DNA of 64,000 bases from Babesia bigemina (lineage: Eukaryota): NCBI RefSeq assembly GCF_000981445.1, contig NC_027218.1, positions 3,100,001 to 3,164,000 on the forward strand, written 5' to 3'. The notes under the pieces are model-generated. The model did not search any database. It saw only the letters and a list, made by a program, of their open reading frames with translations, and was not told where the DNA came from. The position numbers and the translations under genes are program-made. Shown here piece by piece: positions 35,514 to 46,515 of this stretch; position 1 is the first letter of the stretch; each line of letters starts with the position of its first letter.

Positions 35514-38435
35514 ATGTGTGCCTGGTACGAGCAGGATGATCGCAACCGCGGTCGCGGCTCCGACGGACGAGAAAGGCCACACGACGAGTACGATAGAGAC
35601 TACTATCGCCATGACAACCCTCGAGTACCACGGGATCGGCGCTACGACGACCGTAGTTCAGGTTACGAATACGGCCATCGTGGCTACGACTACCGTGATC
35701 GGGACCATGAACGCGACGGATATCGCAGGAGCTACGAGGAATCACGATACAGTGGTGGCACTCGTGATAGGGGTTATGGTGACAGCGACCGTGGTTATGA
35801 CAGTTACAGCCATCATTACGATGACCGTCCTCGGGACGGTGACCGGACGGAGAGCGACTACGATCGCAGTTACCCAGGTTACCGGAACAGAGGCCGGGAC
35901 TATGATTCAGGATACTCACGTGAAGATAATCGACACGGCGAATACGCAACGGAGCCCGTTTATGATAACTCGGGAACTCACAGCTCTGCTTCCAGGAGTT
36001 CTAGGAGGTACGGTTCAGAGGAGGATTGGAGCGTGCCACGACGTGACATGGCGTCGAATCGCCAACATCAATGGGATGACAATCGGGAAGGCTCACGGGA
36101 TGACGGCAGGGATGACGACGGCGTGATGAGCCGGGATCATGAACGGCGTCTAGACAAACACGACTCCCGTGAGGCTGACGATTCACAAACACGCAATTCA
36201 CAGTATTCCGGCAGTATCCACGAGCAACAGCATTCGGGTGATGGAACTCGTGAATACGTGTCACGGGGCGGTGGCACAACGAACGGCTTCGAGTATGGGC
36301 ATGGTTCGTATGTCGACAGCCGAGAGCGCATAATACACCAATCCACAGGGAACCATGGCAGCGGTAGTGATGAATACCGCCCTCACGCATCAAACATTGG
36401 AGGCAGAAATAATAGGCAATCGAATCACGAGTCAACGGACAAGGAACACTGGTACCAGCAACCCCGTTACCAAGGGTTCGGATCTCGCAAGAACAGGGAG
36501 GACTCCAGGGAAAGTGGCGGTGCGCATGGGTATGACCGGCCACGCCGTGGGTACAACGACACTAATGCTGACGAGAACAGTGCGACTATCCTGGTGCGTA
36601 AACTGCCGCCCACCATCTCCGGGGAGGATGTGGAGTCTGCAGTGTCGGATCTCTGCATACAGAACGGTACATCAGCGCCAAACGCGGTGACTGTGAAATC
36701 CTGCCACAGCGGGTACGGAGGCATGAGTGACATGTACAAAGGCGCCGATATGCAGCACCAGGTCAACCCAGACGGATATGGTTTCGGGGCCTCAACAGAG
36801 CATTTCGCGGTAGTCACCTTCCCGTCACCAGCCAACGCCGCGAGGTTCATGGAGTGCGTCAAGAGCCGCAAACTCGAACTCAATGGCGCGGAGTATTACG
36901 TGGAGTACGACACCTTGGACGTCAACGCCGAGAAGCCCGTCAGCGAGGTCCCGAGAGCCTACGGCAGTTTTCAGGAGCTCGAGGAAATGATAAAGCGCAG
37001 GGCCCTCTCATGCGACTGGATATGCCCCGACTGCCGATTTGTGAATTTCGCACGACGGTCAGCCTGCCTCACGTGCGATAAACCCAAACCTTCCGACGAG
37101 CAGCTGCAAAAGATGAACCTGCTCGTGGAGAATGCGGTCAGCGTGCAGTCGCAGCCTATCCTCTCGAACGTCACGGATGTCTCGCCGTGGGTGGTATTGA
37201 AAGGCATACCTATGGCAGCAGACCCGACGAAGCTGGTGCTGCTGGTCTGTGGCAGCGTGCCCGAAGGCGCGGCGCATCTGCAGAGGTGCGTCTACGTGAT
37301 CGACCCGCAACCGCAAAGCCGGCGAGGGTTCATGTTCTGTCAGTTTTCCTCGGCTACCCCTGTCAACGCATTCAATGAGGCCATGGGTGACAAGCAGTCG
37401 GCTCTTTTGCAGTATCAGGACGTATACCTGCGGCTGGACGTGGTCCGTTCCCGCGAGAAGCAGGTGGCGGACGAGCTGCTCAAGGGGGTGCGCATGAACA
37501 CTTTACGCGTGCATTACGAGTACCACCCTGAGACCTTTGCCGCGGCGGCGCTGTCCGAGGAGCCGGCGTCCAGGCAGATTGGCAACAAGGAGTGCCGCTC
37601 CTGCAAGGTCAAGACCACCAATGTGGGCGCTCTGGAGCAGTTGTGCCAATCGGTTAACGCGCCGTCTGGTTCCAAGCAATACCTGGACGCGTGGACATGC
37701 AGGTCAATTTGGGTGACGAGTGGCAAACCGGACACCGCGAAAATGACGTACGACCCTAACTCGGACTACTTCTACGACCACCGGCTGGGCGTGTACTACG
37801 ACGCCGCCAGCGGTTACTACTTCACTGTCGGTGGGGACTACTATAGGTGGGACGAACCCACCAGCTCTCTAATCGTCACTGCCCACCCAGCGTCACAAGG
37901 CGACCACAGTCAGAGTTCGAACGAAGCCCAGCGGCACCAAACTCAAGGCGACGTGGCAGGGCTGCTGCAGGCGGCTTTGAAGGCGGCGCAAATGACCAAC
38001 CAGACCACCCAAAAAACGGCGCAGAAGTCTCCGGACAGTGTGCCGCAAAACACAGTGGAGAAGCATTCTCCACCGGGTGTTCAGGAAGTGGACCAGACGC
38101 ATCAGGGGTCAGAGGATCGCCATGGCTTGACAAATTCCGCTTCAAGGCCTGTATACGGCCTCCAGCCACCGCCAGAGGTCGCTATGACCTTCGATCTTGG
38201 CGACCACTCCGACGACGAATGCGACATGGAAGTAGACAGCATAGCCAACCGACCGGCGACCGAGAAAATAGCGGAAGAAAAGGGAGGAAACAAGAAGTGG
38301 ACCCCTGTGGTTAAATCCCTTTCCGTCTGCCTGGTCTGTCTGCGTATGTTCCGGGATCAGGCACACCTAGATCTTCACGAGCGCAGGTCGCAGTACCACC
38401 AGGCGTTGCTCGAGTGCGGGGATTCCGCTCCGTGA
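35514..38435 (+). CDS. RBM5/RBM10-like RNA-binding protein (RD-rich N-terminus, RRM, RanBP2 zinc finger, RRM, OCRE, C2H2)
   Basis: ATILVRKLP..FAVVTF (RRM1), DWICPDCRFVNFARRSACLTC (RanBP2 finger), SRRGFMFCQF (RRM2), YDPNSDYFYDHRLGVYYDAASGYY (OCRE), CLVCLRMF..LDLHERRSQYH (C2H2). Confidence 0.88.
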   Translation: MCAWYEQDDRNRGRGSDGRERPHDEYDRDYYRHDNPRVPRDRRYDDRSSGYEYGHRGYDYRDRDHERDGYRRSYEESRYSGGTRDRGYGDSDRGYDSYSHHYDDRPRDGDRTESDYDRSYPGYRNRGRDYDSGYSREDNRHGEYATEPVYDNSGTHSSASRSSRRYGSEEDWSVPRRDMASNRQHQWDDNREGSRDDGRDDDGVMSRDHERRLDKHDSREADDSQTRNSQYSGSIHEQQHSGDGTREYVSRGGGTTNGFEYGHGSYVDSRERIIHQSTGNHGSGSDEYRPHASNIGGRNNRQSNHESTDKEHWYQQPRYQGFGSRKNREDSRESGGAHGYDRPRRGYNDTNADENSATILVRKLPPTISGEDVESAVSDLCIQNGTSAPNAVTVKSCHSGYGGMSDMYKGADMQHQVNPDGYGFGASTEHFAVVTFPSPANAARFMECVKSRKLELNGAEYYVEYDTLDVNAEKPVSEVPRAYGSFQELEEMIKRRALSCDWICPDCRFVNFARRSACLTCDKPKPSDEQLQKMNLLVENAVSVQSQPILSNVTDVSPWVVLKGIPMAADPTKLVLLVCGSVPEGAAHLQRCVYVIDPQPQSRRGFMFCQFSSATPVNAFNEAMGDKQSALLQYQDVYLRLDVVRSREKQVADELLKGVRMNTLRVHYEYHPETFAAAALSEEPASRQIGNKECRSCKVKTTNVGALEQLCQSVNAPSGSKQYLDAWTCRSIWVTSGKPDTAKMTYDPNSDYFYDHRLGVYYDAASGYYFTVGGDYYRWDEPTSSLIVTAHPASQGDHSQSSNEAQRHQTQGDVAGLLQAALKAAQMTNQTTQKTAQKSPDSVPQNTVEKHSPPGVQEVDQTHQGSEDRHGLTNSASRPVYGLQPPPEVAMTFDLGDHSDDECDMEVDSIANRPATEKIAEEKGGNKKWTPVVKSLSVCLVCLRMFRDQAHLDLHERRSQYHQALLECGDSAP

Positions 38436-38517
38436 CAACTGTAAATTGTAGCTTTTATTCACTGTAGTGGAAAAGTGGTAGTGTGTGGCGTAGGAAGGCC
38501 GTTGTGCGCCGGTGAGG

Positions 38518-39980
38518 ATGCAGAGGCCCCTCGAGGGGCAGCCTGCGGCCACTGGTTCCGCGGAACCGCTAAGTGGCGGCCTCAACGCGCCCGAGCCCAC
38601 TGAAGGCGAGGTCACGTTGCGTTCGGAGAACGCCCTGGTGGTGGTACTGGACCTGACGCCGGTGGCATGGACGGGGTCGCTGGCGCCTGGCGAGCCGCGG
38701 CTGCAGCTCTGCGGCTTGTACAGCCTTCTGCACCGATTCCTGAAGACATTCGCCTACATGTCGGCGCAGAGCCGCTGCTGCGTCATCGGGGTGCACAGCT
38801 CTGGAACGTGGGTCATACGAGAACAAAAGATCACGCTGTTACAGCCGCATTATATACGAGGGAGTGCTGTCGACAGACTGGCTCACGTCCTGTTTTGGGG
38901 GAGACCGGTCTCAGGACGAACGAGTGACCGCGTTGCTGCTGCGGATCTGGAATTCGATACTGGACTTCATCGACACTTGGTCAGCATCGTCCGGCGACCC
39001 ACAACTAACGACCGCCCTATCTATGGGGCTGTTGTGTGAGTTGGTTCTGTTGCGTCTATCATCTGCCGTCAGATCTTAACCGGTTGCGGTTAACAGGAGC
39101 TGGGTACGGCCGCCGTATAATCATATTCGACGTGTCCGGCGCGAAGGACTACCGGGCGCAGTACATACGGCTGATGAACGTGGCGTTCACAGCCGCTAAA
39201 TCCGTAAGCAAAAGTTCCAGTGGATACTCACCGCGGGGCAGGGCATATCCATAAACACGTGCGCATTCCGCCAGTCTTCCGTAGGTACCACCGTCATGTA
39301 CGCTCACCAGACGCAGCGCATCCTGGAGCAGCTGAGCGATATCACCAACGCCAAGTACCTGAATCTGCAGAAGATTCTGCAATCGGAAATTGATGCTGAG
39401 AACTACGAGCAGTCGGTGCTGCAGCTTATAATGGTGAGTGCAGTCACAGATTTTTGGACGCAGTGACGCTGATGCCATCATGCATGTGCCATGTGGCGGT
39501 TTTGTATGTTCCGGGATAATGGGCATAACGCCTCACACTTCTATTTAGCTTTATCATGCCAGTTGTCATGCATCATGGCAGTGGTGAATCCGTTGTTCAT
39601 GTTCGCGCATTCGTGAAACAGCTTACACGCGCCAAATCGGATGCAGTTTTGGTTCCTGCCCTCAGAGGCTGTTTCGGAGCAACTCTCAACGCAGCTGCCC
39701 TTCGACTTCAGCAACACGGCGGTGTGCTACTGCCATTATCGCACGGTGGACATCGCGTTCCTCTGTCCATGCTGCTTCGCGGGTAAGCTTATGCCGGCAT
39801 TGGTCGTCACAGCGCGGCAGTGTACTGCTCGGAAAAGGACGATAAGGGGAAGTACCGAGTCTTCTGTTTCGTATGCAAGTGAGTGATCTCGCAGCCCAGA
39901 TGACGCCCCTCAGCTCGCGACTTTCACGCCCACTCGTCAAACGCAAGACTGCGGCGGACGCCGATCTGTCAAAGATTTAA
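38518..39980 (+). CDS. GTF2H3: TFIIH subunit p34 (Tfb4/GTF2H3), multi-exon
   Basis: LVVVLDLTPVAW, ALSMGLC, QYIRLMNVAFTA, ILEQLSDITNAKY, FWFLPS, VCYCHYRTVDIAFLCPCCFA..C..CFVC. Confidence 0.9.
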
Positions 39981-40008
39981 CTAAATTAACGTAGTTCACT
40001 CATGGTGT

Positions 40009-40680
40009 TCACACGTCGCCAGTGAATGGCAGCACGAGCCGCTTTCCGTACCACTTAGACTTCGCAAAGTAGTAGAAAAAGTCGGCGTACAGGGCCGTCT
40101 GGATGATGCCGGCGATCCAGCAGACCTTGCAGATGTAGGGCGGCGTCTCGAAGAAGTAGCGATAACCCCAGTTGAGCAGGTAAAGCGCGCGGTACAAGCC
40201 CATCGTCACGACGTAGTGGGAGGTGATGTTCTCCACTTCACGCTGCTGGTAGAGCATGGTCAGCTGCGGCAGGATCGCCACGCTCTCCAGCCAGATGGAG
40301 TACGTCCACATGATGTCGAGCACGCGGTACCTGTTGGTCGTGAAGACCGCGAGCACGAACACGGGGCCCAGCAGGTACTTCTCGTACGGGAAGCGGTCCA
40401 TCTTGCGGTTGTACGTCTGTGCGATCGGCGCGGAGAAGCGGATGAGGTACACCGTGTAGGCAGTCGTTAGGAGGAACAGCACCTTGAAGACGGTGTTGTA
40501 CAGGCTGATGTAGTAGAATAGCAGGTCCAGGTACCTGGACGCGAACACGATGAAGTACAGCTCTTGCATACGGCTCGAAATACCTAGGCAGTTCTTGGAG
40601 AGCTTGAGCTTGAGGATCAGGATGATCAGACTGGCCAGGTGGCACATGTCGCCCGCGAGCCTAAAAACGTTCATTGGCAT
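40009..40680 (-). CDS. ERD2: ER lumen protein-retaining (KDEL/HDEL) receptor
   Basis: [64 protein letters not shown]; single exon. Confidence 0.97.
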   Translation of the reverse strand: MPMNVFRLAGDMCHLASLIILILKLKLSKNCLGISSRMQELYFIVFASRYLDLLFYYISLYNTVFKVLFLLTTAYTVYLIRFSAPIAQTYNRKMDRFPYEKYLLGPVFVLAVFTTNRYRVLDIMWTYSIWLESVAILPQLTMLYQQREVENITSHYVVTMGLYRALYLLNWGYRYFFETPPYICKVCWIAGIIQTALYADFFYYFAKSKWYGKRLVLPFTGDV

Positions 40681-41406
40681 TGTGGCGAAGGTGGTTGCGG
40701 GAACGTGCTCAATGAGGCTGGTCCGACGCGCGGAGAAGGTCGGAAGGCGGCACTCGCAAAAGCCAAGCTCGCCTGTGTTACACTCCGACGGTACGCATCA
40801 ACGCAAGAAGTGGCTGCCACCAGCAATACCACCACGCATAACCACACACATAAAAATACGGGCGCAACTGTCACTACGCAAGAGAACCTGTGGCGGCGGC
40901 GCCCCCATGAACGGTCATACTGCTTCGCCGCAGTCCATTAGGACGTACTGCCGGGAGGTTGGGCCAAAAATTAAATATGAATAGCCGCCGTGCCTTTGCG
41001 TTGGACTGGGCGCGTCTTCGCGCTGGAAACACCGTGTAACCTACACCCGCTTCGGGCCAGACATGTGTAAAAAAAAATAGCAGTCAGGAGCGCAAACACC
41101 GTACACACTACGTGCAGCGGTGTGTGTAGTTCACCGTACGCTGGCGCAAATGGGCGAACTCGGGCGCAGCTGTGGTTAAACGCGCATCCCCGCCGCGCCG
41201 GTGCGCCAAGGCACCGACCAGGACAGCCATCAGCGCTGTGTCTCCACAGTGTATACACTACATTACATGTTTCGCCAGCTGTTTTACAGTGCAAGGCGTT
41301 GTGAAACGCTGTGTGGCCGTGTATGGCTTGTTGCCACTTGTTCACTACCCGCCTTCGCGCGTTGAACGCTTGCGGCTCGCGGCCGCTCCATAGCGCCCCT
41401 CCAGGG

Positions 41407-44400
41407 TCATATCAGCACTCGGCGGCTCGACATCTCGTCGAGGAACTCGAGGACGGGGCGACTCAGCCACGTGTTGGGGAAGAAGCCTGCAGTTGCATTA
41501 ATGCGCATCCGATAGATTTAACCCACCCGAAAGGAAAGTCGCGTAGCCGCCGCTCTTGCATATGTAGTACACGAGGTTCGGGTTCTTTAACACGTCGAAA
41601 ATGTCCACGTCCTCCCACGAGAACATCGAGTTGTCCAGCGAGGATATGAGCAGAGTCGGCAGGGTAATCGCTGTGAAGTAGCGACGGATGTTCGCAACAT
41701 TCCGAGTGTACTCGCGGTTTATCAGCTCCGCTATGTACTTGTGCACCTTGGGGTCCTGCGGGCGGCGGCTGCCCTGGTTTATCAGCTTGTTGATGCCGCC
41801 GTAAAAGTGCGCCCGGCCGATGCGCAGGTTAGTGTCAATGCGCTTGTTCACCAGCTTGTACGTCGGATTGCCCGATAACGTCTCCACGCGACCTCGGTTG
41901 TCGTGGCCCGTGTGGCTGTAGACGTAACGGAGGGTCATTAGCGCGCACAGCTTAAAATCCATGGCGGCACGCGCGCCGAAGCGTTTGAAAATACCCGCAC
42001 GGTAGTTCACGTACTCACCTGACTCACGACGCCTCATGTGGCGGTACGACATACGATACTCGCGGTGGGCGGCCAGCAGAAGGTGCTCGATCCTGTAGTG
42101 CCTGGCGACAGTGTGGAAGCCCTCGATGGGCTGCCGCAGCCCTAGCAAGACGCGACGGGACCATGGCTGTCGCGCCACTGCACGTGTATAGTGGCAACAA
42201 CGGTACAGGTAACACTCCTTCTGAAGCGACCCGTTCGCCCGGTGGCAGTGCACCTCCCTCACCAGCGCGATGAGGTGGTGCTTGAAGGCGGCGAAACAGT
42301 GGCGGATATACATGCTCTGGTTGTGTATCTGCCGCTGCCTCGTGGACTTGTACAGCGCATTGCCACTCGTGCGGAGGTTCAGGTTCACGCACACCGCAGC
42401 GGAAATGCGTTTCGTGTCAAACACCACCTCTCTTTCCTGCGCGGGGGGGTAGGCCACACTGGTCTCGTACGTGCATTCCTCAGCCTCTTCGTCGAAACCG
42501 AAATGACCCTCCCTGGGGGTCACTACCGCGCTGTTCGCAGAGGCGGCAGACGGAACGGGTCTGGGCGTGGCGCTGTTGCTCGCGTTGATCTTCCCAATCA
42601 CCTGGCTGAGGTACGCAAACGACTCGTAGTTGGGGTCGTCTGGATTCTGTAGGATCTGCTGCATGTCTTGTGTCATCGAATGTGCAGGCGGGCTGAATAC
42701 ATGCCCTGCAACCGCTTTCACAGGTTCCGACATGCGGCGGGGGTCTGAAGCAAGAGAGTCCGCAGTATGCGGCAGCCTTGCCGACGAGCTGACACCCGAG
42801 TCTTGTTCGGGTGCGTCCTGATCGACTTCCACGGGCGCTTTGGCCACTGGTTGCGCCATACGACGCTCAATAGACTTCCTGGATACGCGGGACTCGGTGT
42901 CACTGTCGCTCCGTGATTCGTTGCTGTCGTACTGGTCCGTCGATTGCCCGCGCCTCATCATCGTGTACCTCCGGTCGGCCATATTTATCAGCAGCTTCTG
43001 TGGATCTTGCGACGGGTCAAACACAACCGGAACAGCCTTGCCCGCTGACCCTAGGGACATGTACTCCATCAAGATGTTTGACCCGAAGCCCACGCCGACA
43101 CAGCACAGTGGGAGGCTGGGGTAACGTTCGCTTATGCGCTTCAGGCCACTGTTCAGATCGAGAAGCGCGTCGCTGTACAGCGACACTGGGAAGCAACGCA
43201 GACCCGTCCACGTTGGGAACGCCTCGCTGGCCATGCCGAGATTCACGTTTAGATGGATCTGAACGCAAGCGAAACCGATTTCCAGCGCGTCACTGATAAG
43301 GCAGCGCACAACGGGGAGGCCGGGGGGGTCTAAGTTCAGCCCCTTGCTGTCCTCGAGGCCGGATGTTTCACATCCTGTGCACGCAAATTGCTCCGTTTCT
43401 TCCTCCGAAGTCACGGGCTGCCCGCAGTTACAGTTCAGCGCCTGGTTGCAGACGCTGTACGACATGCTGACGTCCCCAATGACTGCGATAACTCCGCGGA
43501 GCAGTTTGCGAGGAGGGCCAACAACATCCTCGGCATTCCTTGCATCGGATGGTGGCACAGGCTTTCCAGACAACGAAAAGTCATCCAGAGGCTCATCGCG
43601 GTCAGACGACCGAGCGCTGCCGTCCAGGTTGGGCGACTTCAAGACGTCCTTCGAAACTTGAAGAGGCACGTCACGAGCGACTTCCGCTCTCCGTACGTCG
43701 TCTTGATGCGCACCTTCGTGCGCCCGGATCTCATGCAAGTTGGGCGCTTCGAGCTGTGTATTCACCACACGTCGGGACGACTCCGCCTCGTCCGTGGTCT
43801 GCGGATATGCGGACCCTGCAGTGGCCGCCTTGGTTCGCGAAGACCCCGCCCACCAGCAGCTTTGCTGCTTGAACTTCCCGCAGCTAGAGCAAAAGTTGGT
43901 GGCCCAGCGTGGCAGGTAGTAATCCAGCACAACGACGGCGCCGTTGTGCGCTTCCACGAATTCGCGCACGGTCACCTCTGCCTGATCCCGGTATATTCGT
44001 CTGAAGAGGAAGCAACGCAGTACGGCACGCAGCAACGCGCTGCCAACCTTCGCGCAGAAGGAAATGGACAGCGAACTAGCCTCGGCAGCCGTGTCGAGCA
44101 GAATGCGATAACGGCGAGTGATCTTGCAGAAACACGACAAATACATCCACTGACAGTAGGGCGCGAACATGTAAAACGTTGGACGGTACGTCTTGCCAAT
44201 AGTACGGAACTTGTCTAGGAGAGAAGGCAGCTCGGACCCCGTGTAGTAAGGACATACAAGCGCGACGTAACACAGCTCGTAATACAGCCATAGCGCCAAC
44301 GTGAGGGCGCCAATTATCGTCAGAAGCCATTCGCGGTTGAGCACGGACGCTATCAAGCGGGCGAGTCGCATACGCGGCAACAGCACGCGCAGCCTGCCCG

Positions 44401-44470
44401 GGTTAAACGGCAGCCTGAGGCTTGGCGCGCTGCGCAGCTGGAGCCGCGACAGCCAAGCAGTGCCGAACAT
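41407..44470 (-). CDS. Alpha/beta-hydrolase-fold membrane protein (ABHD1-3/YheT-like) with degenerate catalytic residues
   Basis: N-terminal TM helix, YRPTFYM..QW, VREFV..GAVVVLDY, DLNSGLKRISERYPSLPLCCVGVGFGSNIL, ITLPTLLISSLDN, NPNLVY..SGGYATF. Final exon GFFPNTWLSRPVLEFLD follows a short intron. Start is 44470 or 44371. Confidence 0.65.
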
Positions 44471-44713
44471 TTCAGCGAATTTACGACATTATTGCTTCGA
44501 GAACAAACGGTTCTCAAAATTAGGGGCAAAGTGAAAAGCAACCGTCTTTGACGGCGCTGCGCAGTGTACCGGGTGTGGTGCAATGGGAGCCTATTCCAAC
44601 GCGTGACGACGCCTTACGGTCACAAAATTGCAAGATTCTACATACACACCGCCCGCTGTGCTCACTAACGGTGCAAAGAAGCTCTCTGAACCTACACACC
44701 GGACTCCATTACC

Positions 44714-45535
44714 ATGTGGTATGTCGCTGTCTACTTCCAGCGGTCGCAGCGTCCGACGACAGTGGAAGCTCGCCGTTATCGCTTTGATTAATAAATGTCA
44801 TATTCATTGCAGGCAATATATCAGCGGTGGGTCCGGAACCACCATCAAGCCTCCGGTGACGTCGAAGTACGACGAGCAGGTCCCACCGCCACCGGCTGGA
44901 GGACCATTTGCTCCACCACCGAGTAAGTTACGGTGGTGGAGCGGCTCATCATAGTGTATACAGAGGCCCCGAGGGGTGTAAAGGTAGCCAGTAACTCCGA
45001 CGTTGAGTTCAAGGGGTTTTCCGCGCCGCCGAAAGTGACTGGTAGGTAACAATAAGTTCGCACCCTAACTCAGGCGTTAATTCGCATGCAGACTACGACA
45101 ACACGGATTACTCCGGATATACGTGGGTTGTGTTGAAGGTTACATATGCAGCTTGCGCAGCCTATCCGATACATACGGTGACTCCGGATCTACGGGCCAG
45201 GGATTCTTGGACAGAATCACCTCAAACCCACGAGCACGAAACTGTCTCGCGAGCGTTAAAATGGGTTTTAAAATGGTATGTCATAAAGAGTTGCGCTGGC
45301 ATTCACGGCAGGGGGGAGCAGTAGGCGGCATCTTCGGCGGTATCACCGGTTTATACACGGGACTGAGGCACCGTAACCTCATGATCTTACCGGTGTCTAT
45401 GGTAAGTTTGATAGCAACTTTAATGTGTCAAGTGGTGCAGATTGGAGGAGCTGTGAGCTTCGGCTTCTTTTTAGGTGCGTACAAGCTGTTGTCGTATCAT
45501 GACATGCAGGATGTGGAATGATAGTGAGATGCTAA
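44714..45535 (+). CDS. ROMO1: ROMO1/Mgr2 family mitochondrial inner-membrane protein, multi-exon
   Basis: [21 protein letters not shown]...R-..[19 protein letters not shown] after splicing. The upstream Pro-rich exons and ATG at 44714 are inferred. Confidence 0.85.
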
Positions 45536-46515
45536 TGGCAGCGCCGTACACAGCATCAGCTACATGCTCTTGTCACGGCGGGGTGCAATCAAAGCTGTTG
45601 TCCTTGACACATGGCAGCCTGCGGCCGCATGTGCGTTTGTTGCAACAGTCCGATCAATTTGCACATTCGACTTTAAAAACATTCACATAAGTTGTTTATC
45701 ACTCTGCACATCTCAGAAGTAGCTGTAACCATCCACTGCCTATGTCGCGTATTGTGTTGTCGACGGTTATTATACTCGTAGTAGAGTCGTCATGTCTGCG
45801 TCGACGGTTGTCTGGTGTCCACTATGTGGATTTTTATGAGGCTGCTTTTAGTGGCAACATCTCATTCAAGCCACAATATGATCTCGTAGAACGTATATTG
45901 AAGTTATTTATACTTTGATGTATGAGTTACCTTGTACGGAAATAGTTCTTTATGTGGCATGCAGGACAGCCGGCCCCAGGTGAGCAACCGACTCCTTCCA
46001 TCATAGACCGTACAACGGTGTCAGTGCCTACGACTGATGTTACATATCTGTTTTGATGAGTGACTAAGTGATTCACATTGCTTGGTTAATTGGTTTGTGA
46101 TTTACCCTGTTGCCATAAATGCCACCTAACTACGCCGTCCACTGGCCATCACGTAGGAGAGCTCCAGTGAAGCTCGCCACCTAGCTACCTATCAGATTAC
46201 TAACATGTCATTCACTAATTTAATAGGCGGCCTAATATATTGCACAGTACGGCAGTTGTCAAATGCCACGTTAGTGGCTAATAACCCCAGCTTCACATTA
46301 CAGACACAATGTGTCTGTGTAATGACGTGTAACAAGTGACGCACAACTAAACATCGCAAACGAAATCATCTCTTAAGTGGGCTACATGAGTCTGATTATG
46401 CCTGGAAGTAGTCACGCTGGTACCACAATATGGTGCCGTTAATGCTGCGGTAACACAACTAACCACTACTACAACAAAATATTAATCGGAAATGGCTTCA
46501 CTAATGAGGTAATAA

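Noticed and set aside
39434..39646. Second long intron (GTF2H3) as a snoRNA host
   Set aside because: No convincing C/D or H/ACA box arrangement by eye; an Infernal search would be needed.
40971..41345. 124-aa ORF between ERD2 and the ABHD-like gene
   Set aside because: Non-ATG start and no motifs; more likely UTR or promoter sequence.
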